The notes under the pieces are model-generated. The model made no database searches, had not been told where the DNA came from, and saw nothing but the letters and a program-made list of their open reading frames with translations. A program made the position numbers and the translations under genes. From contig NC_068987.1 of assembly GCF_001194135.2 (NCBI RefSeq), positions 102,899,069 to 102,963,068 of the forward strand: 64,000 bases of DNA. Reading direction: 5' to 3'. This document shows positions 27,000 to 40,967 of this stretch, one piece after another. Within the stretch, counting starts at the first letter, position 1. Each line of letters starts with the position of its first letter. Source of the DNA: Octopus bimaculoides (taxonomy: Eukaryota).

Positions 27000-27320
27000 T
27001 CGTTCATGTATATAAGAGAAGTGGAGAAGGAAAAAGGTTTTATGGTAGGAGGCAAAAGCATCATCAACATAAAATAGGCAGATAGCGCAATCTTATTTAC
27101 AGAACCGGAACAGGAATTCCAAAGACATCTAGATGTAGGGACCAGAGGAAATGAGAGGAAGGGTCTGTTCATAAATTGAAAGAAGTCAGTGTGCATGATG
27201 GGGACACAGATGGAAAACCCAAAGTATATGCTTAAAGTGAACAATCACATCATTAAGTAAGTATATCCTTCAGCTAACTTGGAACTTTGATCACAGAAGA
27301 CGCAAAATATAAGCTGCTTG
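27000..27320 (+). mobile_element. RTE-clade RT fragment, copy 2
   Basis: Closely similar to 25395-25690, with the upstream flank also duplicated. Confidence 0.75.
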
Positions 27321-27486
27321 TGCCATACGTCTATTTCGAACATTCCCCTGTACCTTGTGAGTTGGTTTCAATTTACATCTACGTTTGCCTCTTTGTGTTT
27401 ACGTTTATGAAAATTGAGGTTCGAAATTTGTATGTGATATCAAGCATACTTCGTCATTGAAGACACGGTATCTGTAGAAATAGGTA

Positions 27487-28030
27487 CAGATTGTTCCGAC
27501 TAAACATGACAGCTTGTTTAAAAGGAAAAGAAAACACTATATCCACCCAAAATATTAGTATTTGCAATTAACCAAAGCATATCAAATAGATTATGATTGA
27601 AAGAGAAAAGTTTATTCAAAGTAGCCGCCCTCAGCTTCCAGTACGATCTCAAGACAGATCTGAAGCAAGCGCATGTATTCCTCTCGATGACCCTGGGAAT
27701 ATCTTCGAACACCTCCTTGATCTTGGCTACCAGCTACACTTTCGTGTTGCAGGCAGAGCGGTTGGTGTCCTACTCAACTGCGCCCATGATTATAATGGAA
27801 GTGGGGTGTGAAATAGGAGACCTGAAATTGGGGCTGCTTAAGTGTATACATTTCTCCGACAACCATTTCTGACTATTTTCGGTGGTATGGTAAGGAGCCG
27901 AATCCTGCAGTCACACATAGCCTTCCAGCAGGAGCCCTATCCAGCCAGGGATTGACCAGCCTTCAGCAGCTTCACATAGCCATTTGAATTGGACCTAACT
28001 CCCAGTTCCTGAAATTGCTGGATGAATATC
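27487..28030 (-). mobile_element. Tc1/mariner (DD37D/maT-like) transposase C-terminal fragment with a terminal TIR remnant
   Basis: Frames join to NSNGYVKLL...QDSAPYHTTENSQKWLSEK...AKIKEVFEDIPRV...EAEGGYFE*. The element end reads TA-CAGATTGTTCC at 27485. Confidence 0.8.
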
Positions 28031-29217
28031 TACGCGCGAACACAATCAGAACGCTTACTGTGTCCCTTACTGCTGGCCACGGCTGTGTAGTCTCTGTTAC
28101 ATCTGTCCATGTGACATCCTACAATCTTTACAGTGTTCACACATTCAGCTGTAGTCATAATGTCGACATTTTGATGCCCGTAGCAAATCAACATGATACA
28201 GCTAACTCTTTTTCAATATTCAGGTGGCTTCCAATCCTGCATGTCAGGTAAATTTTTCAAATATAACTTTAAGCTGTATGCTCTCCAATGCCGCTGGCTG
28301 TTTACCTATGCATCAAGTTGTTCATGGAAAAAGAAGACACCAAAAGTCGTCAAGTTTATCCCGAATACCCAATAATGATTTAGATTTAACTCATCTAATG
28401 TAGTATGCATGAAAATTCAATTCTAAGTAGAAATGCTTATAATATGGTAAAACGACTGCATTGCTAATATACTGATACACTGATACTATGCATTGCTGAT
28501 ACACTAATACGCTGTATCATTTCATTGACAATCGGTATTCTGCGAAGTCTTCAACACACACACAAAACGGACAAGAGTTCAGCGCACGTACAACTGGACG
28601 CTACAACGATGAAGTAACTATAATGGCCATGGAAGACAGTACAGAGTCAATACTGAAGGCACAATTTCTCTAACAAGATCACCTGCACCGAAAACATCAA
28701 TAACCGTAACCAAAGTGATACAGCGTTAATAGCTTTTGCCGTACCCGGAGCTAGACAACAATAACAGTTACTATTTTGTGGAGAAGCCTATCGTTCCATG
28801 TATGAAATGGTCAATGATAAAGTCATTGGTACAAAGAAAAACTTATAAAACACTTTGATAAATGCTGTCTATAAACTATTAAATTGAGGTATTTAAATTT
28901 GTTGACCATTTATGCATGTGCTAGCCATTGTATCGCTTCAGTGTTCAATCGCGTGGTTATTACAAGTGCTTTATGAAACAAAACCAAAAAGAAACAAAAG
29001 GCAAATGTTTAACAAGTTATAAAACTGTAGTAGCAACATGTACAAATATTTCCCAGGATAATTAGGATTGGATTGGGATTCGAGATCTTGGCATCATAGT
29101 GGAAATTTATTTAAGAGATAGAGAATATTGGCGGTGATATTCTCGGTAAAAAAAAAAAGATAAAAATTACTCAAATGTAATCACACATTTACATGAATGT
29201 GTTATAAATATATATGA

Positions 29218-29268
<51 letters not shown>

Positions 29269-30479
29269 CGCTGTTAATAAGAACGATTAAGCATTATAGC
29301 ATTATCTGTAGATATATGATATTAAACATAACAAGAGATACGAAGTGTTTTAAAACATATTTTTCTTATTTCATTTAATTTCATATAATGATATGATATA
29401 TGCATATGAGGACTTCTCTCTCTCTCTCTCCCTATGTGTATCTCTTTCACTTAATCTGTCTCTCTCACTTCTCTCCACCTGTCTTTCTACCCATATGTTT
29501 GTATGTGTGTATATTCGTGTTTGTGTTTACGCACTCATGTGTGAAACAGTAAACTGACATCAAAAGTTATTGTATAAAATCGATAACCGAGGGATTACAA
29601 CATATTAAAATTTCCTGTCAAATAGAGATGATTTATGTTCAGTTGAAAGGAAATGTATGTATCTCTATATATGTGTGTATGATGCGTATGAGCAATATAT
29701 ATATATATATATACACATACGTACATACACACTCAAATACACACTGTCACACATATATGTGTGTGTGTATGCGTGTGCATAAATGTATTTTGTGTATACA
29801 CAATTACACGTATGAATACACATTTTCATACACCCACTCATACAGAGACAAACAAACGCACATACACACATATATTTAAGCAAATGAGAAAATTACAATG
29901 ATAGATAATTACACACAGAAGCACGAATGCATGAATATGTGTGTGTATGCACACGTACACGTGCAAAGCACGCGCATGAACACACATATTGAGGCATACC
30001 TATTACTCGCAAGTGAATGTACCTTGTGGTATATAATAACTTTTTCGAATTCTTTCAGGTGTTCATGTAGTTGCAAGTAGATAACAGACTCAAATCCATC
30101 TTTTTATAAAACGCACTCACCACTCATTTATTTATTTCTCCTAAAATAACGTTGTGCCTTGCAAGCTTTTAAGTAGTCGTCGACTCTGTCCGTTTTCCGA
30201 GCTGAGTTCTTTTTGTCTGTTTCTGCGCAGGTGCGTGGGTCAGTGAGAGTGCGCATACACATGTACTTTTGTATGGGTTTCTGTGACTATGTACTGTGTC
30301 TGTATGTAGAGATGTACGTCTCCATATGTGTCCTGTGTGAAGTGAAGTGTGTGTATATGGTCTCGTGCTTCAGTCTTAATTTGCGTATGTATGTGTGTCT
30401 GTGTGCTTGTCTGTTCATATTATTTTCACTTCACAACAAACACGCACAAACACACACACAAGCACTCACAACACACACA

Positions 30480-30527
<48 letters not shown>

Positions 30528-30769
30528 CGCACACACATATGCATATAGGTAGACTGGATATACAGTCACTGAAATGTAAATATGAATCGGATTTATGCTT
30601 TACTTCATGCTTGCCCTGGGAATCTTCCGACAGTTTTCAAAAAGAAATTTAATTTAGAAGACATGGTATCATCACTAGTGTCATCCAAGCATAAATTAGT
30701 ACACTGCAAAGTACCTGTCAAAAACTGTGGTCAAACTCAATGTTTAAGGATGAGGGTAATCAATATGAC

Positions 30770-31830
30770 ATGTTTTTGATTTAGGATTTCTACAGATCAG
30801 AAAATGACCGGCGAATTGATAGAGATTGCTTGGTGCATCACATTGTAAGCGACAAAAGAGTCGGAGGATGATAAGCCGTAGAGTCCTATGTTGGTAAGCG
30901 GTGGATTGTGCTCTGGGAATTCTGTGCAAGTGTTAATATGTGACCAAAACTATGGGCACAAGAGCTTGCAGCTTGGTTAAGAATTTGTGGGTCACCTGTC
31001 GAATGGATGCACTGTTTAGGTGTTGAGACACATGCCTCAAAGTCATAGTTGTGGATACAGGAACTACAAAGACAGAGAGTGTGGGAAAGGAAAGTGAAAA
31101 TAGGATTTAGAGTCGGAGGGCTATAGAAAGCAGAAGTGGAGATGGTGAGGTGGTAATTGTGAAGCTAAGATGCTCGAAAGAGACAGTAATTTCAGAAGAA
31201 TCGAGTGTGTTGGAGATGGGGTATTTGAAATAGAGGGAGGGGAAAGCAACAGACGAAATAGATGAAAGACTTTAGATGTTTCAGGTAAGGAGAGAAGGTA
31301 CTGATGCCGTTGTCAATGTAACGCCCGTATACATCTCCGACAGGACCCGGGAAAAACTGGGAAATATTTTGAGATTTAATGTAGCTACACAAATGTTGCT
31401 GCAGTTGACGCCCTATATCGTTCCCATTGTTACTTCACTGAACTATTTATAGATTTCTTCTGTGAAGCAGAATGACATAAGGTTAAGTATGTTCTGATTT
31501 ACATCGAATAGTAAAGTTGGTGGAATAGGAACTAGTGCGTGGTTCAAAAAAGCGCTTGAGCGCAGGGAGGTCCTCGTATTGAGAGATGACTGTAGGTAAA
31601 GAGTTGATATTCAAGGAGAAAATGACGTAGCGGTGATGAGAGAGAGAAACAGTTAAAGAAGAGGCATGCAGTATAGATTGTATCGTGATCATAGGGGAGG
31701 GGAAGAGAAGAGTCTAGGGGTGAAATATGAACCATTGACATCGGTGAAGAGGGAAATATTTATTTTACAAATGAGATAAATCGGGAGAACGAGTGTGATG
31801 AGTCGGAGGTCTTACAGTATTTTCTGTTCC
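30770..31830 (-). mobile_element. Penelope-like element RT fragment
   Basis: IFSLNINSLPTVISQYEDLPALKRFF (compare LFTxDVxSLYTxI); YGRYIDN (RYIDD) at about 31309-31323; PSDSKSYFHF (KPTDxxxYLHY); LIILRLFCRLQCD (linker). Confidence 0.85.
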
Positions 31831-31984
31831 GATCCAAGAAGCGTAAAAGCTAAGTGGATATTAGGTGTAGCTGGTATACGCAGCTACTACAGTGCTAAAG
31901 TCTATATTTCGAAGTTGGACGACTGAAAGAATGAATTAATAATAAAAACTATATTGTACAGTTGTGTATATATGTATTTTGTTG

Positions 31985-32362
31985 TTGGCACTCCGTCGCT
32001 TACGACGTCGAGGTTTCCAGCTGATCCAATCAACGGAACAGCCTGCTCGTGAAAGTAACGTGCAAGTGGCTGAGCACTCCACAGACACGTGTAACTTTAA
32101 CGTAGTTCTCGGGGAGATTCAGCGTCACACAGTGTGACAAGGCTGGCTCCTTTGAAATACAGGTACAACAGAAACAGGAAGAAAGTGTGAGAGAAAGTTG
32201 TGGTGGATGAGTACAGCAGGATTCGCTACCACCCCCTGCCGGAGCTTCGTGGAGCTTTGGGTGTTTTCGATCAATAAACACTCACAACGTCCGGTCTGGG
32301 AATCGAAACCGAGATCCTATGACCGCGAGACCGGTGCCCTAACCACTGGGCCATTGCGCCTC
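31985..32362 (-). mobile_element. tRNA-derived SINE family C
   Basis: Shares gcactccgtc...acggaacagc...cacagacacgtgta...gtagttctc with 24520-24972. The head is gggaatcgaaaccg...ctaaccactgggcc. Confidence 0.9.
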
Positions 32363-32384
32363 ATATATGTATGCATACATACTT

Positions 32385-32415
<31 letters not shown>

Positions 32416-33747
32416 TACACATATATATACATACATATATATATGTATATATATATACACACACACACACACACATATCTATTCACACACATGCGCGCAA
32501 ACAGGTGTGTGTATGTGTGTGCGCGCGTGCTCGTATATGGGTTGGTACTGAATCTTTTTCTGTTTGAAAATGACACACNNNNNNNNNNNNNNNNNNNNNN
32601 NNNNNNNNNNNNNNNNNNNNNNNNNNNNNNNNNNNNNNNNNNNNNNNNNNNNNNNNNNNNNNNNNNNNNNNNNNNNNNNNNNNNNNNNNNNNNNNNNNNN
32701 NNNNNNNNNNNTATATATATATATATATATATTTATATATTCATGAAAACTTCCATTAAAATGTTATTCGTTACTATTATTTTGAAGTAAATTTGATCGG
32801 TATTAGCTACTGGCATATAAGTATTTTCAGTTCGCAACAAACACACACAAACACACACAAGCACGCACGCATACGCACACACACGCACGCACACACGCTT
32901 ACACACACACACATACAAGCACGCACACACGCACACTCACATACATAGAAGTAGAGAGACAGATTGATAGAATAAGCACATACATACACACATATGTATA
33001 TTAGTTATAGTACAGTGTATGTGTGTTTAAGTATATAGGGTTACCTGTGTTCGTATACAGATATGCTGGCGATGATGTATGAGGCCATGTTTCTTATTTG
33101 CCATACTGACACACATTACACATATTTTACACAATCTTAGCCGCCCATACTTTATATAGGTGTTGTTTATCAGATTGCAATAAATCTGAAATATATGCAA
33201 GTGTACACCTAATTGACCTAATGAAGTGTAAACACCGATAACCCTAAATTATCAATGACTTCTGCATCAATTAACGCATTGTATATACACACAAACGTAC
33301 ACACACACACACACACACACACNNNNNNNNNNNNNNNNNNNNNNNNNNNNNNNNNNNNNNNNNNNNNNNNNNNNNNNNNNNNNNNNNNNNNNNNNNNNNN
33401 NNNNNNNNNNNNNNNNNNNNNNNNNNNNNNNNNNNNNNNNNNNNNNNNNNNNNNNNNNNNNNNNNNGGGGGGGGGGGTAGGAATATACTCGAATTTTTAA
33501 TGTTTCTCCTTTAGCTGAAATGATTAGATTTTGCTTGTAGCTGCGATATGTTTGTACCATATGTTGAAAGTGAAGTGCAGGAGACTGTAATTCAATTTGT
33601 TGCACTCAGTATTTCTTATGTGTGAAGATAAATGGTGACCTTTGATACAACAAGCGTCTCATTGTTGGGAATCCTGGTGTATTTTCACTGCTGCTCATTT
33701 TATAGTGGGACATTATTGCAGCGAACCCTCTATCACTCTCTTTCTCT

Positions 33748-33795
<48 letters not shown>

Positions 33796-34281
33796 ATATA
33801 TATGTGTGTGTGTGTGTGTGTTTGTGTGTGTATGTGTGTGTGCATGTATTTATGTATGTATGTATATATGTATATTTAAACATACGTACCGTTATTGATA
33901 AATATCCAACGACGCATGTTTTTTCTGGATATCAACTGATATCCAGAAATTCACATAATAATACAGCTCGGAGTAAGTCGTAGATGAATGAAACCAAACA
34001 ATATTACCGCTATATCTTGAGCTGTTAATTCTGATATAGTGGTATTTGAGGATATATTTGATAATCTAATAAAACAGCTAAAATCTAGTAAAAACCAAAT
34101 GTATTTAGATAAAAAAAATTCTCGATAAGCTTTCTTCCATGAATCTGCTTTCAGCTTCGATGACAGCATCATGCATCACTGCAAGACCAGAATCCCTAAC
34201 ATGCTTGCCCTACATAGTCCTTATTCACTTCGCACGTCACCTAGATAACGGCAGCCTTTAAGGTATTAAGAGGGTTTAGAT

Positions 34282-34330
<49 letters not shown>

Positions 34331-34389
34331 AACAATGCTCTCAATGTAGTAGGCTATGGGGTCTCAAGGTTAGTGTTAAATTATCGTAG

Positions 34390-35290
34390 ATATTGTCCTA
34401 CATCCATTCTTCGATTATGTGAGCACTGTGAGAAGGCGCGGAGTTTTGTTCAATGACGTATGGCTTTCCACTCCGTACTTCTTCCTCCCAGTGCTTAACA
34501 ACAACCCCTAACACATGAACAGCATAGATTTTAAACCCTCTCAAACGATGAGAGTTGGGCTGCGCTCTTGGGACATAATAACTATCTGCATAAAGCCACT
34601 TGTCATTTTCCCTTTTAGATATTTGGTCATGGTCGAAATTTTTGTCGTCAGAGAAGAAACAAAGCACGCCATATTTTTGAGGATTTTTAACCTCTCACGT
34701 AACTACTTCATACGGATCAAATTGTTTTCCCATGTCTTGTAGACAGAAATTGACCTCTCCCATATATAACTTCTATCGAATGTCCTCGTCTTAATAGTCT
34801 ACTATTAGTCTACTGCGATACCTGCGGTACTTTAGCGATGGCCCTAAATGATTTTACGAGATCATCATGTTTTCAGTCTAAGTGAATTGCAGTGTCTTTA
34901 CAAGGTCCGAACGTTTAGAATGTGGTTTTTTTCCTCTCCGATACAGTTGAAAAATTCCTGCCAACTTTTTCACTTCCATGTGAGTATTTTGTACAAAAGA
35001 TCTTGCAATTCTTAAAACGTTGGCAAGTTCTGGATTTCTAAGTTCCTGCACATATAGTGACAATGAATGCATGAAATTTAATTGTTTTGTGTGTGTGTGT
35101 TAGCATTGTATCTGAAAGAAATGAAAACATTTTAATTGGTCTGAAGAGAGTAATATACTGATATTCAAGTACCCTCAAATCCCCTTCGCATCTTCAGTTA
35201 GTGAAATGAGCAACCGTCTCATTTAAATGAGAGAATGCCAAAGAAATAGTTTACATCTAAAATAGACTGGAATCGAAACCTGCTCTGTGA
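34390..35290 (-). mobile_element. Tc1/mariner (DD37D/maT-like) transposase, decayed
   Basis: N-terminal ELANVLRIARSFV...KKPHSKRSDLVKT (34878-35072); catalytic region FFSDDKNFDHDQISKRENDKWL...VLGVV...GKPYVIEQNSAPSH (34398-34667). Confidence 0.85.
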
Positions 35291-35724
35291 ATTGGTTTCA
35301 CTAGTACTTCCTTCTTCCTATACTTCTTGAGAGAAAGAAATATTTTAGGCAATAGATTGGATAAACAATTGTCACACACGCTTTTCTTCACGTTTACAGA
35401 ATTTGAACTAATAATATGGAAATTACCCTACAATTTCGGAAGAAATTATAATGCATCAACTTTTTTTCTTTCGCTTGGTTTAATGCTTCACTTAGGTTGG
35501 TGTTGGTAACACTTTTCTGTTTATATTAATGATATTTGCTTGTTGTTTGTATATTATGAAATAAAGTACAGTTAAAATTTATGCAGTTTGTTTCCGTATC
35601 TAAAGTGCTTGCATATTTCATGAGTAAACACAAGTATTTGTATTTCTCGTTATTTGTATCACTTTGGCAAGTGTTGTAATTTATAAAAAAACATACTAGA
35701 AAACATTTATTCTGTGGCATATAG

Positions 35725-36095
35725 GTGTAAGAGTTTTCGTGCAGCAAGAAATTTGCTTCCAACCATACGTACCAAGTTCAGTCCATCAGTGTGGAATCTT
35801 GTGCAAGTATCTTTTATTACAGTATCTTTTATTAGAGCACCGGGCGGATTAAACGCTTGTGAGTGGATTTGGTAGACAGAACTGCAAGAAGCAGATCGTA
35901 TATATGTATGTATGTGTGTGTGTACGCGTGTGTGTGTGTGCGTTTGTGTGTGTGTTTGTGTGTGTGTTTCGGTTACCACAACTTGACAACCAGAGTTGGG
36001 TTTTTTCATGCTTCGGAAAATAAGAACTGGAGAGGATCAGTTCGACTACAAATTTTAAGGCCGTACCGTAGCATGGCGACAGTCTAATGATGGGA
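35725..36095 (+). mobile_element. SINE family B, near complete
   Basis: Head gcaagaaatttgcttccaacc...gttcagtcc, core ttgtgagtggatttggtagac, internal (TG)n, and 3' part cttgacaacc...tcgact...gcatggc. Confidence 0.8.
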
Positions 36096-36826
36096 ACGAT
36101 ATATACGTGCTCACACACACCTACACATACACATATATATCGTAATTCTTGATTTCGTTTCATTTTTCTCCTTCCTTTACTTGCACCAACCTTCTTCATG
36201 TTATCTTCCACGCTCTTTCTTAATTTCTCACTGACCAGCGTCCTTATTCAAAAAAAATTACATATAACGCATAAACAGAGCCCCAAAGATTTCTTTAAGA
36301 TACATACCGTATTTTATATATATGCTTGTTCAAGTATCATAATAGCATGAAACTATTAGTAGCTCTTCTGTATATTTAATTATAAATGCGTGTGTGTGTG
36401 CCGTATGCGACATGCGTGGCAGAGCGGGTTGAATATTCTAATTACGTGAATGTATGTGACATCATTTTGAATAAGAGCTGATAAACACTTCATTGAAGTT
36501 ACTTGCTTTTAATATGCATATGTAGATCTAAATGCGTTCTTTTCTTAGATTCCGGGCACGTTTGCAAAATTTGTAAAATTGAGTGAATACACTTGACTAA
36601 TTTACACATGAATTGATACTGGGACTATGAAAATTCTACTTGTGTGTTTATATGTATATATTTTTTTTTTTCATAATTCTAAATTAACATGCAACACAAA
36701 ATACTTCTTACATTTTTTATATTTGCAAGAAAAATAATTTCCTGTTCATATTTTCCGTACTCTAATGAACATATATCTATCATGTAAACAATTATTCATT
36801 ATATACAATTTAAAGGCGAAATAATG

Positions 36827-36885
<59 letters not shown>

Positions 36886-36886
<1 letters not shown>

Positions 36887-37120
36887 GTGCCTTAGGTATA
36901 ATACAAAAATATTCAGACAAATACATAACAAAAACACCAGGACTTACAAATATATATAACATACAGAAAATTAGAATACTAGGCACTGCACACATCCTAC
37001 GCAAATCACTTTCAATACAGTAACCATAAGAGCGCCATAGCAAACCACAGCACATAACCAAGGTACACAGAGCTGCGCTCGGTACTGAAGTGAAAGCAAG
37101 TTATAAAAATAAAACTACTG
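36886..37120 (+). mobile_element. R4/Dong-clade LINE 3' end within (TAA)n
   Basis: SALGIIQKYSDKYITKTPGLTNIYNIQKIRILGTAHILRKSLSIQ* is the conserved GALG...IQK...GTAHILRK C-terminus. (TAA)n lies on both sides. Confidence 0.85.
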
Positions 37121-38262
37121 AAAAAAAAAATAAGAAGAAGAAGAAGAATGATAATAATGATAATAATGATAATAATAATAATAATAATGATAATAATGAT
37201 AATAATAATAATAATAATATATTTAGGAATACATACTTTCAATCATCTATCACGTTTGAAACAACTTTTTTTAAATGAGAAATTTGAACGCCAGATGTTA
37301 ATTACAGCAAAAACAAATACGTGAAATAATTAACAAGTCTCCAAAAATACTGTTAAACATTTATACTACCCACACGCAAAATTATAGATATATGAGTGCC
37401 TTTATAAACAAGCCATACTGGAAACCAAAAATGATATTACGCAGATATTAACGTCACTAAGCTCAAACAGTGTTTTTCGATTCTTTTCAGCCAACAGCTA
37501 CGCATCCTTACAGTCTACAAGTGAAACTGGGAGCATTTCTTTGTTACAACGCAATTTAGATCCACCTTGATACTGATTTACATTTAGCAATCCATTTGGT
37601 AGGAGACAATTCAAGCTGTCGCTAACGTTAACTAATACGGTGGGATTTGGAAAAAGCTCATAGAGATAATAATTCCTATTCTAATTGAAGGTTATTTATA
37701 ATTCATTTTTTATAGTACAACGTAGTATAAAATTAGCTTTTAAGGCAGGCATATCAATGTACAATTTACCAATAATAATTGTAGGCTTTACAATAGCTCC
37801 CAGAATAATATAATTTAATTACTATTGGAATAGAAATTTAAGTAAAAAATTGTGACAGATTTATATAATATGGCAAGGGGTTACCTCCTATTAATGGACT
37901 TAGTTTTAAGAAGAGGCAAAATACGGTATGGATCTTCAAATTTTGATTTTTTGTTCGATTTTTTCTTTTTTTTTCTTTTTAAAGATTGTTCTAAAAAGTT
38001 GTTCCCCGAAGAAGTGTAAAGCAACCTATATATTTGACTTAAACTTGACGGTTAAATATAGCTTTATACAGAAATGTTAATATCGGATTAAATAACATAA
38101 ATAACATTCATATGGATATTGGCGTTAAATCTCTTTCTTAAATGTAAAAATTTTAAGCTTTGGATATATAAACAAGGGGAACGATCCCTAAGGAGTCTAA
38201 TTTAGATTTTTTTGCAGTGAAATCTCCTGCTCTATTGGTAAAGATTACATAGTTTACTTTGA

Positions 38263-38308
<46 letters not shown>

Positions 38309-38408
38309 TTAAACAAAGACATACATACATGTGCCTATGCATATGTGTATATATATACATACATATATTATATAACTTGGTATGAGAATAGACAAACATT
38401 TAGATAAT

Positions 38409-39533
38409 CATTTTATATTTATGATTTACATCAACGTAATAAATGCATATATAAATGCATATAACATAAAATTACATGAAGACAAGGAACATAGCTATAT
38501 ATTACTTAGAATAGAAATAAGAGTTGTATGGGGTAAAATTGTACGTGAAAAGGATAATTAAATAAAGGTTGATATATCGATTAAAAATTATATTGAATTT
38601 AAGGTTAAAAATCGCTGAAATTAAGGATTAAAATTATAAGATACATCGGCAGTAGTGAGAAATTCTAATTATGGATTTAAAAGTTTAGAGGAGTTCCGAA
38701 GAAATGTTTGTAGAGGGTTATGAAGCAATTCGACGTCCGTTTCTGGAGTCTATTAGTCAACAGGTGTGAATCCTTTAGTTTCACACTGACTTCATCAGGA
38801 ATAAGTAAATAGATAATTAAGTTTGAAGACATGTAAAAGAAAAGCAGAGAAAATTTTAGGTCACGTTACTTCACGTTAGTCTTACAGATTGCGAAGATAT
38901 GAAGAAACAATTTTTGGGTATATCTGCAAAAAATAACCCATCGAGGGATAAATACTTGGAAACACTTTTACATAAGACAACGGAATTCATCAATAGATTC
39001 GGATGGTGTGCTTTCTTTTATGATAATAAATTAAAATGAACCGTGGAAAAAGATAATCACCACTTGACGTCTTTTGAAAACCCTCCGTCTAAACCGGCTC
39101 TCATGAACTTTGAGAAGGACCAAATGAATCTCATAAAAAATTTTAATGTTTTAAAACATATTAAGTCCTTTCAGATGAAACTATAGGAAGAAATTTCAAA
39201 AATAAAATCATCACCGGATCTATAACACTCTACAACACTCTATATACATTTCTTCGGAACTCCTCTAAACTTTTAAATCTACAATTAAGATTTCTCACTA
39301 CTGCTGATGTATCTTACAATTTTAATCCTTAATTGCAACGTTTTTTAGCCTTAAATTTGATATGATTTTTAATCGATATATCAACCATAATTTATTTATC
39401 CTTTTCACGTACATTTTCAGCTCATATGACTCTTATTTCTATTCTAAGTAACATATAGATATGTTCCGTGTATTGACGTAATTTTATATTATATGTACTT
39501 ATTATGTTGATGTCAAGCATTAATATAAAATGT
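38409..39533. repeat. Long inverted repeat (arms about 38409-38718 and 39238-39533) enclosing a PLE fragment
   Basis: For example aagatacatcggcagtagtgagaaat...aaaagtttagaggagttccgaagaaatgt versus acatttcttcggaactcctctaaactttt...atttctcactactgctgatgtatctt. Confidence 0.9.
38915..39225 (+). mobile_element. Penelope-like element N-terminal ORF fragment
   Basis: ISAKNNPSRDKYLETLLHKTTEFINRFGWCAFF (compare SxKNIPxP...KxExFIKRMRWKAFF) and LMNFEKDQMNLIKNF...SFQMKL*EEISKIKSS. Confidence 0.7.
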
Positions 39534-39641
39534 CTTTTCTTATACCAAGTTATATAATGTCTAATGTCTCAGGTTCGACTTGAGCACTTCCAAGCAATTG
39601 TGCAAAAAAACGTTTTCGAAAGAAACAAAACAATATTATAT

Positions 39642-39683
<42 letters not shown>

Positions 39684-40935
39684 TGATAGATAGATAGACA
39701 GATAGATACATACATATATACGTACTTATCTCTGTATAAATGCATGACTTGTTTTTATATGATTTACCGAACACTAATCAAAATGTACTGTTCAATACGA
39801 GGCAATGGAAAAAGTCATTTATCTAAGATACTATTGTGTATGTTAGAACCGAGAGCTGCGTGATTGCAAACCAAAGTTCTTTATCAATAAGCCATCCCAT
39901 CAACCATATATCTGTAGGAAAGCTATGAATTTTCTTTGGAAGTCGACAATTTTTACTTCAACTGAATGAATATTTATGTTTTGTACGACGCTATCACAGA
40001 CCACTATTTTAGAAGAGTTATTTAGCGCTTCCTGTTGTGTATGTATTATCAAGCTTATTTTTCTGCTGTATTTTTATTATATTTTCTTCTCTCTAGGTAG
40101 GTGATAGTGAAAAAATCAATATTATAGCTTTGAGAGTTTTACTCTTTCCACGTTTGTATTAGGAAATTTCTCAGGTTAGAATATGTTTGCAACGTCATAG
40201 AGATACACTTGTGTCACGAAAATGCTATTAGCCGTTTGACCGTTTATGTTCAAGAAAGAATTTTCTTTTTTAATGAACTTATTTGGCAACTCCACAGATA
40301 TTTACCATTCTCCGAAAATCTAGTATATATATCTTCTTATCTCTTGCATTAAGTAACAAATGTTATGTTAACATTGTTAATCCCGATGTAGACGTAACTT
40401 TGTCATATCACAGCTGTAAGTCTCAAACCCGCAATGCTTCTTAACAAAATATATGTAAACAGATTTTTCTCATAATTCCATCTAGATCTACTCTTAACGC
40501 AACAGTTCATAAAACTATTTGCTTTAAAGAGATTGTCACTCGATAGTTTGCTTGTTCTACATTCTTCTTCTTCTTCTTCTTCTTCTTCTTCTTCTTCTTC
40601 TTCTTCTTCTTCTTCTTCTTCTTCTTCTTCTTCTTCTTCTTCTTCTTCTTCTTCTTCTTNNNNNNNNNNNNNNNNNNNNNNNNNNNNNNNNNNNNNNNNN
40701 NNNNNNNNNNNNNNNNNNNNNNNNNNNNNNNNNNNNNNNNNNNNNNNNNNNNNNNNNNNNNNNNNNNNNNNNNNNNNNNNNNNNNNNNNNNNNNNNNNNN
40801 NNNNNNNNNNNNNNNNNNNNNNNNNNNNNNNNNNNNNNNNNNNNNNNNNNNNNNNNNNNNNNNNNNNNNNNNNNNNNNNNNNNNNNNNNNNNNNNNNNNN
40901 NNNNNTATATATATATATATATATATACATATACT

Positions 40936-40967
<32 letters not shown>

